A stretch of DNA of 44,905 bases from an uncultured Candidatus Saccharibacteria bacterium (GTDB lineage: Bacteria > Patescibacteriota > Minisyncoccia > Minisyncoccales > UBA1441), in assembly GCA_964522615.1 (NCBI GenBank), contig CAZFWR010000001.1, positions 1-44,905 of the forward strand. The letters are read 5' to 3'. The position numbers were made by a program, and so were the translations under genes. Positions 1 through 7,775 of this stretch are shown here, one piece after another. The notes under the pieces were generated by a model. That model made no database searches. It was not told the DNA's origin and saw only the letters and a program-made list of their open reading frames with translations. Numbering within the stretch: the first letter of the stretch is position 1; each line of letters starts with the position of its first letter.

Positions 1-603
1 AATATCAGCCTGATAAGCCTCTTTCCGGGAGCAGGGCTCAAGAAAATCTTCCACCACCCGAAAACTCCCTAGTTCATCTCTAATTTTATCCTTTTCTTCC
101 CCTGTTTTCCGGTATTGAGGATTATAAAGAAAGGATTGTTCGTGGTTAAGCACTCCAATTGTCAGTCCCAAAAAATAGTAAATCTGACCCATCCAAACAG
201 CGTCTCGGCGAGCTAAATAATCATTAACGGTAACAAGATGAACCCCCTTTCCAGCCGAAGCATTTAAAGCAATTGGCAAAGTAGCCGCTAGCGTTTTTCC
301 TTCTCCAGTCTTCATCTCGATCACCTTCCCTTGGTGCAGAGCTATTCCCGCCTGGAGCTGGCAGTCAAAAGGCCTTTGCTGAAGCATCCTTCTCGCCACC
401 TCCCTTGTCAGAGCAAAAGCCCCCGGAAGTTTTTGGTCTAAATCTCCGGCTTCCTTTTTCCAAAACTCGATTTTTTCCTTTAGTTTCTCTAAAGACAAAT
501 GAATCAGCCCTTCCTCCAGCTGATTAATTTTGTCAATTAAAGGTTGAATTTGTTTTAAATATTTTTGGTTAGGATCTCCTAAAAAACGAGTCAACCAAGA
601 CAT
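1..603 (-). CDS. secA: Preprotein translocase ATPase SecA, N-terminal 201 codons (rest lies beyond window start)
   Basis: Absent from ORF track because truncated. Minus-strand ATG at 601-603 gives MSWLTRFLGDPNQKYLKQIQPLIDKIN...FDCQLQAGIALHQGKVIEMKTGEGKTLAATLPIALNASAGKGVHLVTVNDYLARRDAVWMGQIY, the canonical SecA motor N-terminus (Walker A MKTGEGKT; VTVNDYLARRD). Confidence 0.9.
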   Translation of the reverse strand, partial: MSWLTRFLGDPNQKYLKQIQPLIDKINQLEEGLIHLSLEKLKEKIEFWKKEAGDLDQKLPGAFALTREVARRMLQQRPFDCQLQAGIALHQGKVIEMKTGEGKTLAATLPIALNASAGKGVHLVTVNDYLARRDAVWMGQIYYFLGLTIGVLNHEQSFLYNPQYRKTGEEKDKIRDELGSFRVVEDFLEPCSRKEAYQADI

Positions 604-613
604 AGCCAATACT

Positions 614-1027
614 TTAACGTCCAGAGCCTTTCAATCTTTTCCAGCGCCGCGCCCCTTTTTCTTCCTGGTCCAAACGTTTTTCCCGATAACGGCGCACTTC
701 TCTAATTATTTTTTCCTGGACACTATCTAATAAGAGATAGAGGTCGCTTCCTCTCCCGTCAGCCATGATTTGCTGCCCAGAAAAATTCAGCTCCAAGCTT
801 AATGTAAATTTTCCCCCTTCGTCGGCTTCTTCCAAGCGCTTCCCAATCTTATGATCATATATTTCTTCTCTCTCTACTGTCACCTTAGTTCTTATTGTTT
901 CTTGCCAGCGTTTTTTCTTTTCTAATAAAAAAGGAGCCCCCTTCATCACTTTCTCTAATGATTTTTCTGCCGCCTGACGAAAACTAGGGCTTAATTCAAA
1001 ATGAGGAGAATAAAATTTGATTAACAT
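614..1027 (-). CDS. hpf: Ribosome hibernation promoting factor / RaiA family protein
   Basis: 137 aa. ELSPSFRQAAEKSLEKV near the N-terminus and SDLYLLLDSVQEKIIREVRRYREK near the C-terminus fit the HPF/RaiA pattern. Sits 10 nt upstream of secA, the classic hpf-secA arrangement. Confidence 0.6.
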   Translation of the reverse strand: MLIKFYSPHFELSPSFRQAAEKSLEKVMKGAPFLLEKKKRWQETIRTKVTVEREEIYDHKIGKRLEEADEGGKFTLSLELNFSGQQIMADGRGSDLYLLLDSVQEKIIREVRRYREKRLDQEEKGARRWKRLKGSGR

Positions 1028-1066
1028 TTCTCTTTTTTAAAATAACACTTTCTTCCCAAAAAAGCA

Positions 1067-1091
1067 AACAGACCGGTTGGACCGGTCTGTT
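1067..1091 (-). terminator. Rho-independent terminator-like hairpin
   Basis: Perfect inverted repeat AACAGACCGGT-TGG-ACCGGTCTGTT (11-bp stem). On the minus strand it is followed by TGCTTTTTTGGG. Confidence 0.5.
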
Positions 1092-1120
1092 CTGACTTCT
1101 TTACTTAAACGAAAGGAAAA

Positions 1121-1219
1121 CTACTCTTCGTCTTCAGAGTCCTCGTCATCCTTGTCATCATCGTCCTCTACTTCGGGAGTTTTTTCTACGTCGTCGTCAA
1201 ATTCGTTAGTAACATCCAT
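1121..1219 (-). CDS. Possible 32-aa hyper-acidic peptide MDVTNEFDDDVEKTPEVEDDDDKDDEDSEDEE
   Basis: ATG (1217-1219) to TAG (1121-1123), below the ORF-track size cutoff. 20 of 32 residues are D/E. Followed by the 1067-1091 hairpin. No family recognised. Confidence 0.3.
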   Translation of the reverse strand: MDVTNEFDDDVEKTPEVEDDDDKDDEDSEDEE

Positions 1220-1346
1220 GGTAAATAATTAGGATTAAATCAAGAATAAGTAGCCGACTAACTACTTACCGAAGGGAAAACCCTCTCGCCCAAGAAACCT
1301 GGAGTCTCTAGGATTGCCATCTAGTTTAACGGGACTTTTTGTTTTG

Positions 1347-2225
1347 TCAAGTGTTTTTTCCTATTTCCAAAACCACAATTTCCTTTTCTAAGGAAATTCC
1401 GAACTGGCGCTTAACTCTCGTTTCAATTTCTTCTATCAAAGCAAGGACTTGGCCGCTTCGCGCCCGGCCCAGGTTAACAATAAAATTAGCGTGACGGGAA
1501 GAAACTTGAGCCTGGCCAATTTTTCTTCCCTTCAAACCCGCTTGTTCAATTAACCAACCCGCTGGAGCTAGAGCTGGATTCTTAAAAATACTGCCGGCCG
1601 AAGGAAAATTCAGGGGTTGTTTTCTTCTCGCTTCTAAATAATTAGCTATCCGGGCCTCTATCTCTTTTAAGGGAGCCGGGGTTAATTTTAAACTAGCTGA
1701 GGAAATAATTAGCTCTGGGTGTTTCTGAAAGATACTCCGGCGGTAGCCAAACTGGCAATCAGCCGGAGACAATTCTTGGAAGCTTAATGTCTCCTGGTTA
1801 AAAACCCTCACTTTCTCCAAAACCCCGCTAAGATATTCTTCTTTCGTTCCAGCATTGCCCCTAATCGCTCCGCCTAAAAGGCCGGGGATTCCGGCCGCCC
1901 ATTCTAATTCTGACAATCCTCTTCCGCGAGCCTCTTCCACTAAAAAAGGAAGAGGGACTCCGGCTTCTGCCTTAACCCGATTCTTTTGCCAATTAACCTG
2001 CCCCAAAGATATTTTCACCACTAAACCCGGAAAGCCTTTATCGGGAATTAAAAGATTAGTCCCTCCACTCAAAACGAAAAGAGGGAGGCCTCTTTCTCTC
2101 GCTTTCTTGACTGTTGCTTCTAATTCTTCTTCAGAAAAAACCGAAGTAAAAAACCTTGCCCGTCCCCCAATTCGAAAACTAGTCAATGGCTTTAAAGAAA
2201 CATTTCTCTTCCAGTCCTTAATCAT
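1347..2225 (-). CDS. murB: UDP-N-acetylenolpyruvoylglucosamine reductase
   Basis: 292 aa. FRIGGRA, SGGTNLL and AGSIFKNP motifs typical of MurB. 8-nt overlap with the upstream gene. Confidence 0.9.
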   Translation of the reverse strand: MIKDWKRNVSLKPLTSFRIGGRARFFTSVFSEEELEATVKKARERGLPLFVLSGGTNLLIPDKGFPGLVVKISLGQVNWQKNRVKAEAGVPLPFLVEEARGRGLSELEWAAGIPGLLGGAIRGNAGTKEEYLSGVLEKVRVFNQETLSFQELSPADCQFGYRRSIFQKHPELIISSASLKLTPAPLKEIEARIANYLEARRKQPLNFPSAGSIFKNPALAPAGWLIEQAGLKGRKIGQAQVSSRHANFIVNLGRARSGQVLALIEEIETRVKRQFGISLEKEIVVLEIGKNT

Positions 2226-3948
2226 CTTGAGAACAACTGCTTAATAATGTGTTGGCTTTCTCCCGCGTTCGGGGACCGAAAATCCCTGTCCCTTGAGTAA
2301 GCCCTAAGGGCTGAAGAATTTCTCCAGAGTACTTTTCCTGAAAACGTTTTACTGCCTCTTGGGTCAACGCTAGAAAATTACCCGTTACCAATCCCGCCGA
2401 ATAGATTTCCTCTCCCTGGGCCCGAAGGAAAACCTGTAAGGCCCTTACCTCTTCTTCTTCCCCCCGGCCGAAGGAAAGATTGTTTTCCCAAGGCTGCCAA
2501 ATCATTCCCTCCCGAGCTATTAAAAGACAAGCTAATTGAGCGCGCAAATCTTCAATCTGAACCTTTAATTGGCTGATAGTTTGCTGTAATTCTTCTTTCT
2601 TTCTTTCCTCAACCGCGGTTGGATTAGTGGTTACTTCCCAGAAAAAAGCATAAGGAGTTTCCCGGCCATTAAATCCGGAAACTTTGCTTTGGACAGAAGG
2701 AATAATGGTTAAAGAGTTAACCTCGGAACCGAAATTGGGAATTTCCAATCGGCCTTGCTGGCTAGTATCCAGCTCCAAGAAGACAGTATTAATTTCTCCG
2801 TTCTTCATTTCTAAGACATAAGGAAGCTGGAAAAGATTTTCCGAACTACCAATAAACCGCAAAGTTAAGTCCCCCTCCCCACCGATAAAACGAATCCACT
2901 TCCCGGCCCAATGTTTTGTCTGGTCGGTGGAAGAAAGACTACTTTTCCCGGTCAGAGGGAGAAAATAAGTTTTGGGCGTTACCCGAAGATTTTGGAGAGC
3001 GGAATCAAGATAACAATAGCGAGCATCAATCTGGCAATCATTAAGATAAGAAGCAATTGTCCAATCGGTAAAGACATCAGAAAAATTTGCCGCCCAATTA
3101 TTTTTTTCCAGGGCCTCATCTAAGGCGGCAATTCCCGTTTGAGAAGAATGGAGAGAATCAACCAAAATCTCTATTCCATAATGCTCTACCAGATATTGGG
3201 TAAAAATATTCAGGGCTCCGTAATCTGCCTGCTCTTCCTGCCATTCCACTAAAGAATCGTTAGGATAAGAGAGGAAAAGCTTTGCTCTTCGCTGTAAATT
3301 ACTTCCTTCATAAATTTGGTCATAGCCCAAAAGAGTGGGAGTATATTCTGCTCGGGCTTCATTTAGCCAGACCTCTTCTACCACCCTCATCTTCCTATTC
3401 TTCTGGTTATAGGTCAGAAGATGAGTTAATTCGTGAGCCAATAAGCTCCGGACATAATTACTCGGCAGATAATCAGCGTTCAAATAAATCATTTCTCGCT
3501 CGTTAGAACTCGGGCTTTGCAATTTCTCATGTTCATCAAGCGGCCGGAAATAACCGCCGCTTTCCTCTTGCAGAGGATGGAAAAGGATAGTCAGGCGCAA
3601 ATCATTATCTAGGCCCGGCTTCCATTCAGAACCATAAACAGAAGTTAAACCAGGATAAATTTTTTCGTCAAACTCCGCTCCTAAAGATTGTAAAAAAGTT
3701 TCATTCTTTTCCTGTTCCTCTGGGGAGAGCTCATTCTTCCACTCCTGGTCAACAATGAAGTAAGCATGCTGGGAGCGGTAGCTTAACTCGCCCAGAATTT
3801 CTTCCCTTCCCCTCTTGTCCATTGAAGAATCAACAAAAAAAGAAACCGCTTCTGGTTTCTCGGCAGCTAAAGCTGCGAAACTCGGCAGCCAAAGCCCCCA
3901 AATTCCTAAGATAAGAAAAAGAAAAATATTTTTCCGAAAATGTTTCAT
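2218..3948 (-). CDS. Secreted gluzincin-type metallopeptidase with C-terminal peptidoglycan-binding domain
   Basis: 576 aa. Signal peptide MKHFRKNIFLFLILGIWGLWLPSFAALAAE. LAHELTHLL (HEXXH) followed 20 residues later by VWLNEARAEY (the WLNE glutamate of MA(E)/M1-like peptidases). Coiled-coil segment ELQQTISQLKVQIEDLRAQL. C-terminal EVRALQVFL...GNFLALTQEAVKRFQ...GIFGPRT resembles PG_binding_1. Confidence 0.6.
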   Translation of the reverse strand: MKHFRKNIFLFLILGIWGLWLPSFAALAAEKPEAVSFFVDSSMDKRGREEILGELSYRSQHAYFIVDQEWKNELSPEEQEKNETFLQSLGAEFDEKIYPGLTSVYGSEWKPGLDNDLRLTILFHPLQEESGGYFRPLDEHEKLQSPSSNEREMIYLNADYLPSNYVRSLLAHELTHLLTYNQKNRKMRVVEEVWLNEARAEYTPTLLGYDQIYEGSNLQRRAKLFLSYPNDSLVEWQEEQADYGALNIFTQYLVEHYGIEILVDSLHSSQTGIAALDEALEKNNWAANFSDVFTDWTIASYLNDCQIDARYCYLDSALQNLRVTPKTYFLPLTGKSSLSSTDQTKHWAGKWIRFIGGEGDLTLRFIGSSENLFQLPYVLEMKNGEINTVFLELDTSQQGRLEIPNFGSEVNSLTIIPSVQSKVSGFNGRETPYAFFWEVTTNPTAVEERKKEELQQTISQLKVQIEDLRAQLACLLIAREGMIWQPWENNLSFGRGEEEEVRALQVFLRAQGEEIYSAGLVTGNFLALTQEAVKRFQEKYSGEILQPLGLTQGTGIFGPRTREKANTLLSSCSQDD

Positions 3949-3985
3949 AACCAGGGCTCAAAACTTAATCTCCTTCACTATCATA

Positions 3986-4045
3986 CCATAATAATGTTAA
4001 TTCAACATAATAATGTTAAATTTAACATAATAATGCTAAATTCAA
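3986..4045. repeat. 3 x 20-bp tandem direct repeat (CATAATAATGTTAAATTCAA-like) upstream of the metallopeptidase gene
   Basis: Units at 3986-4005, 4006-4025 and 4026-4045, differing by 1-3 nt. They lie 38-97 nt upstream of the minus-strand ATG at 3948. On the minus strand each unit starts with TTGAAT/TTAAAT (-35-like). Confidence 0.8.
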
Positions 4046-4053
4046 CGAATTTT

Positions 4054-4116
4054 AAAAAAAACAAAAATGTTCCCCCCGGCTTGTTACCCGAAAGCAACAG
4101 CTCCAGAAGGAACATT
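4054..4116 (-). terminator. Intrinsic terminator candidate after the 119-aa membrane protein gene
   Basis: 8-bp stem AATGTTCC (4066-4073) / GGAACATT (4109-4116) enclosing a GC-rich insert. On the minus strand it is followed directly by TTTTGTTTTTTTT. Confidence 0.45.
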
Positions 4117-4143
4117 GTCAGTCTAGCACCTCTTAAAATCTTG

Positions 4144-4503
4144 TCAAGAGTGCTCTGGGAGTTTGGGAGCAGCGACAGCCAAAATTGACTTGATGGCTAC
4201 TACTAAACCAGCGGCGGCGATAAAGGAAACAAAATTATTGAGCATTAACTGAACAGTAACGGAAATTTCTTGGCTCAATAAGCTAATCTGCAAACCGCTC
4301 ATTCCCACCAACAACAGAGCAACTACCGCTACTAAAAATTCGGTACTCTGTTCGCTGGTAATATTCAAAAATCCAACAATTAATCCTAGAACAAAGAGAA
4401 CAATCGGAATCCAGGTAGCGTTGATGAACCCAGCCAAAATCGCCAGAATCAAGCCCAGAATAAAGGACCAGCGTCCAGCTTCTTTATAATTGTCTTTAGC
4501 CAT
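4144..4503 (-). CDS. Small integral membrane protein (3-4 predicted TM helices), unknown function
   Basis: 119 aa, almost entirely hydrophobic helices (FILGLILAILAGF, IPIVLFVLGLIVGF, LVAVVALLLVGM, FVSFIAAAGLVVAI). Followed by the terminator candidate. Confidence 0.6.
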   Translation of the reverse strand: MAKDNYKEAGRWSFILGLILAILAGFINATWIPIVLFVLGLIVGFLNITSEQSTEFLVAVVALLLVGMSGLQISLLSQEISVTVQLMLNNFVSFIAAAGLVVAIKSILAVAAPKLPEHS

Positions 4504-4543
4504 ATATCAGAAGAAAAATTAATTTCTAAAATCGACCTTTGTT

Positions 4544-4789
4544 TCAAAACTCTTTCTCCCCTTCTCTTTCCCCCTTGCCTTCCCCCGGAGAGACAGGTTC
4601 TGTTGTCAATTGTTCTTTCTCTTTTTTCCCTCGCCAACTGAAGGCCAGTAAAAAACCTCCTAAAACCAGACTGACAATCAAGCAACTAAGATACTGAAGA
4701 CTAGAAAAAACCAAGTTTTGGCTGAGAACCATTCCCAAACCAAAACCGATCAATAAACTTCCCAAAACCCGAGTGAAAACTTGAAACAT
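4544..4789 (-). CDS. Small membrane protein (2 TM) with charged G/E/K tail, unknown function
   Basis: 81 aa: LGSLLIGFGLGMVL and LSCLIVSLVLGGFLLAF followed by RGKKEKEQL...GEGKGEREGEKEF. Preferred over the overlapping 78-aa frame (4449..4685), which is compositionally implausible. Confidence 0.5.
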   Translation of the reverse strand: MFQVFTRVLGSLLIGFGLGMVLSQNLVFSSLQYLSCLIVSLVLGGFLLAFSWRGKKEKEQLTTEPVSPGEGKGEREGEKEF

Positions 4790-5005
4790 AACTTTTTACC
4801 AAACAAATAATTTGTCCTCTTTGGATTTTACTGTTTTTTCCATTCTTTAAAGACCATTTTTAGGGTATTGCCAATTAGGAAAATTGGTAGAAGCCCTTTA
4901 AATATTTTTTCCGCCCAGACGTCAATCATTTTACTTTTGTTATAATTTACTTTTTATTATTAATACAATTTGTATTATAACCTTTTTCCTTTTCCAAGGA
5001 AACCC

Positions 5006-5464
5006 CTAGGCCTCTTTCTTCTTTTCCGAAGAAACCGCCGTTGCTTCTTCTCCCTGCTTCACTGCCTCCTCTTTCTTCTCTGCTGTCTTCTCTTTCTTCT
5101 CTGCTGTCTTCTCTTTTTTCTCTGCTGTCTCCTCTTTTTTCTCCTGGCCTTCAGAGGCTACCGCTTTCGAAGCCGTTACTGGTTCTTCCGGCTGACTCTT
5201 CTTTCGGGCATGAACAGCTTTTTTCTTCCCGGATAAAATTCCTTCATCAATAAGCCAGTTATAAACTCGGTCGGTTGGTTGAGCCCCAACTGATAACCAA
5301 TACTTAACTCTTTCCGCCTCTAATTTCCTTTCTTTTGTCAAAGGGTTCAGCCAGCCTAATTTTTCGAATCTTCCCCCTTGAGGAGGAGAATTTTTATCAA
5401 CAACGACCAACCTAAAAAAAGGCTGATTCTTTTTACCGATTCTTTGGAAGCGAATTCTTAACAT
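5006..5464 (-). CDS. rpsP: 30S ribosomal protein S16 with K/E-rich repetitive C-terminal extension
   Basis: MLRIRFQRIGKKNQPFFRLVVVD...YWLSVGAQPTDRV is canonical S16. About 60 extra C-terminal residues contain TAEKKEK x3. Confidence 0.9.
   Translation of the reverse strand: MLRIRFQRIGKKNQPFFRLVVVDKNSPPQGGRFEKLGWLNPLTKERKLEAERVKYWLSVGAQPTDRVYNWLIDEGILSGKKKAVHARKKSQPEEPVTASKAVASEGQEKKEETAEKKEKTAEKKEKTAEKKEEAVKQGEEATAVSSEKKKEA
5078..5140. repeat. 3 x 21-bp in-frame tandem repeat inside rpsP (encodes TAEKKEK x3)
   Basis: CTCTGCTGTCTTCTCTTTCTT-like units start at 5078, 5099 and 5120 (exact 21-nt period). Confidence 0.85.
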
Positions 5465-5480
5465 GATGATTTTTTAATTC

Positions 5481-6212
5481 TTAATTCTTAATTAAGGATT
5501 GGTTAGCCGCTATTATTAAAGCCTGGTTAGCGGCTTCTTCTTCCGCTTGCTGTTTCGAGGGTCCTTCACCTCGAGCAATAAGAGTTTTTCCTAGGTAAAC
5601 CCCAACCTGAAACTGTTTAGCATGAGCTGGCCCAGATTCTGACAAAACCTCATAATGGGGAGTAAGTCCTAGTTCCCCTTGCGCTTTCTCTTGAAAAATA
5701 GTTTTCGCATTCTGGCCAGTACCCTCCGTGAGCATTTGAGGAAGATTCTTCAGAAGCCTATCATAAACAAATTTTCTGACAACTTCCAATCCCTGGTCAA
5801 GATAAAGGGCCCCGATAAAAGCCTCAAAAGTGTTAGCCAAACGATGTTTTCTCGCCTGGTGATTATTTTTTCTCTCTCCATGAGAAAACAAAAGCCAGGA
5901 ATCGAAATCCAATTCCTCTGCCATAGAGGCTAAGGATTGAGTATTAACCAAAACTGCCCGCCATTGAGTCAACCACCCTTCCCGCTGCTGATAATGACGG
6001 TAAAGATACTCACTGACCACTAGCTCCAAAACTGCATCGCCCAGAAATTCCAATCTTTCATTATCCTTTAAAGGAAAATCCGTCTGCTCGTTCAAGAAAG
6101 AAGAATGAACAAAAGCTTGTATTAATAACTCGGGCCGATGAAATTTTATTTTCACCTTCTTCTCCAGTTCTAAAAATTTCTTTTCTTTAAAAAATAATTG
6201 GAGGCCTTTCAT
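5481..6212 (-). CDS. rnc: Ribonuclease III
   Basis: 243 aa. RNase III signature ERLEFLGDAVLELVVSEYLY. C-terminal dsRBD (PHYEVLSESGPAHAKQFQVGVYL). Confidence 0.9.
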   Translation of the reverse strand: MKGLQLFFKEKKFLELEKKVKIKFHRPELLIQAFVHSSFLNEQTDFPLKDNERLEFLGDAVLELVVSEYLYRHYQQREGWLTQWRAVLVNTQSLASMAEELDFDSWLLFSHGERKNNHQARKHRLANTFEAFIGALYLDQGLEVVRKFVYDRLLKNLPQMLTEGTGQNAKTIFQEKAQGELGLTPHYEVLSESGPAHAKQFQVGVYLGKTLIARGEGPSKQQAEEEAANQALIIAANQSLIKN

Positions 6213-6640
6213 TTCTTTTCTTTTTTCACCTTCTTCACCTCTTCATAAACTGTTCCCAGCACCCCATTAATAAATTTTCCCGCTGTTTCTCCGCTGAAAT
6301 CCTTCCCTAACTCAATGGCCTCGTTAATAGCCACCCGAGGAGGAACATTATGATACAAAAGTTCATAAAGCCCCAAGCGAAGAATATTGCGGTCTACCAG
6401 GCTCATACGCTCAATTGACCACTGGGGAGCTGCTTCTTGTAAAACTTTATCAATGGAAGAAAAATGATCCCTCACCCCCGAAAGGAGAGCCTGCAGAAAC
6501 TGCCGGGCATCTCCTTCTAAAGCATAAGCGGCCATCTGCCGAGAAACAATCTTTCCGAATTGTTCCAAATCCCGGTGATAAAAATCCCATTCATACAATA
6601 TCTGGACCGCCAGCAAACGCAATTGGTGACGAGACATCAC
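6209..6640 (-). CDS. nusB: Transcription antitermination factor NusB
   Basis: 143 aa. SRHQLRLLAVQILYEWDF...DRNILRLGLYELLY...VAINEAIELGK typical of NusB. 4-nt overlap with rnc. Confidence 0.85.
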   Translation of the reverse strand: MMSRHQLRLLAVQILYEWDFYHRDLEQFGKIVSRQMAAYALEGDARQFLQALLSGVRDHFSSIDKVLQEAAPQWSIERMSLVDRNILRLGLYELLYHNVPPRVAINEAIELGKDFSGETAGKFINGVLGTVYEEVKKVKKEKK

Positions 6641-6712
6641 AATTAAGTTATTAGGATAATAAAAATGTTTTCTATTGAATTATCAGAATAATTAGAGGGC
6701 TTCCTCTAACTT

Positions 6713-6988
6713 TTAACGAGAAAGTTTTTCCGGATTTAAATCTTCTTCTTTGGCCTTCGGTCGGTTTTTTATTTCCTTAGCCCTTTTCTTTCTTTCCTTT
6801 TTTCCTAGTTCTTTTAAAACATCAACAACTTCTCGGCCGTTATAATAACCACAGTAGGGACAAACAGCGTGAGGCAGTTTTAATTTACCGCATTGAGAGC
6901 AAACGATAAACCTCGGAGGCGAAAGACGAAGATTAGCTCTTCTTCGATCCCGCCTAGATTTGGTATGACTTTGTTTAGGAACTGGCAT
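6713..6988 (-). CDS. rpmF: 50S ribosomal protein L32 (zinc-ribbon form) with K/E-rich tail
   Basis: MPVPKQSHTKSRRDRRRA...CSQCG...CPYCGYY is canonical L32. Basic C-terminal extension. Confidence 0.85.
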   Translation of the reverse strand: MPVPKQSHTKSRRDRRRANLRLSPPRFIVCSQCGKLKLPHAVCPYCGYYNGREVVDVLKELGKKERKKRAKEIKNRPKAKEEDLNPEKLSR

Positions 6989-7019
6989 AATTAAAAAGCT
7001 TCTTCTACCTTAACAGAAA

Positions 7020-7640
7020 TTATTTCCTTTGCCAATAGCTCTTGAAAGTTTGGCGATGAATACGACAAAAACCAAGGGTTTCCAGGGCTTGACAATGCTC
7101 TTTCGTCCCATATCCCTTGTGCCGTTTAAAATTGTAGACTGGGTAAAGAGAATGATAATGGACCATCCATCGGTCACGCCTCACTTTAGCAATAACAGAA
7201 GCAGCCGCCACCGAGAAAATCTTCTCATCCGCTTTAACTAAAGAACGTTGCTCTAATGGCCAAGAAATCGACAATCCGCCGTCTAAGATTAAGAAATCAA
7301 CCGGGGATAATTTTCGCACGACTTGCTTAATGGCTCGCTCTATCGCTTTCACAATACCAACTTGGTCTATCACCCGGGCTGAAGAAGAAGCAGCCGCCCA
7401 AGAAAGACAGCTAGCCCGCGTCAATGGTGGATAAAGAGCTTCCCTTTGCCGGAAAGTTAGCTTTTTTGAATCCCGCACTTCCTTTAATTTCGGAGGAACT
7501 TTCTCCAGTCCGGGTTGAAGCAATACTCCGACCACTGTCACCGGCCCGGCCAAAGCTCCCCGGCCAACTTCATCAATGCCTACCACTCTTTGGTATCCCT
7601 GGCGCCATAAACTTTTCTCTAAACGCAAATCGGGTTTCAC
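7020..7640 (-). CDS. rnhB: Ribonuclease HII
   Basis: 206 aa, GTG start. VVGIDEVGRGALAGPVTV and DSKKLT motifs of RNase HII. Confidence 0.9.
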   Translation of the reverse strand: MKPDLRLEKSLWRQGYQRVVGIDEVGRGALAGPVTVVGVLLQPGLEKVPPKLKEVRDSKKLTFRQREALYPPLTRASCLSWAAASSSARVIDQVGIVKAIERAIKQVVRKLSPVDFLILDGGLSISWPLEQRSLVKADEKIFSVAAASVIAKVRRDRWMVHYHSLYPVYNFKRHKGYGTKEHCQALETLGFCRIHRQTFKSYWQRK

Positions 7641-7657
7641 AAATGGTTTGTAAAATT

Positions 7658-7775
7658 CTGTAAACTGGATTATAATAATCCATAGGATTCTTAAAAGCCT
7701 GTAAACAGGATTATAATAACCCGTAGGGTTCTTAAAAGTCTGTAAACAGAATTATAATAATCCATAGGATTCTCC
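7658..7775. repeat. About 2.9 x 41-bp tandem repeat in the divergent rnhB / dnaE-operon intergenic region; each unit carries a TATAAT-containing palindrome
   Basis: CTGTAAAC anchors at 7658, 7699 and 7740 (exact 41-nt period). Each unit contains GGATTAT-A-ATAATCC (e.g. 7667-7681), which reads TATAAT on both strands, plus AATCC-ATA-GGATT. Confidence 0.85.

Noticed and set aside
1855-2244. 129-aa plus-strand ORF inside murB. The same applies to antisense or overlapping ORFs at 2911..3123, 3282..3506, 5679..5933, 6415..6654, 7029..7241, 7424..7663, 9178..9447, 9659..9937, 10846..11175, 11359..11647, 26627..26986, 37554..37826, 38084..38326, 41545..41880, 44002..44277 and others.
   Set aside because: Each lies entirely opposite or out of frame to a gene with unmistakable conserved motifs. 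Their products are low-complexity or compositionally odd, and none has start signals.
3940-4188. 82-aa plus-strand ORF across the 20-bp repeat array.
   Set aside because: It is translated straight through the tandem repeats and the terminator hairpin of the neighbouring gene. The product is Asn/Ile-rich junk.
4828-4929. 33-aa minus-strand ORF MIDVWAEKIFKGLLPIFLIGNTLKMVFKEWKKQ between rpsP and the 81-aa membrane protein gene.
   Set aside because: It has an ATG, a stop and a hydrophobic core, but no SD, promoter or conservation evidence is available. That is too weak to call as a gene, though it is worth a tblastn check.
4970-5253. Plus-strand ORFs (88 aa and 70 aa) rich in L/F/C/S.
   Set aside because: They are the antisense reading of the K/E-rich S16 tail repeat, so this is a compositional artefact.
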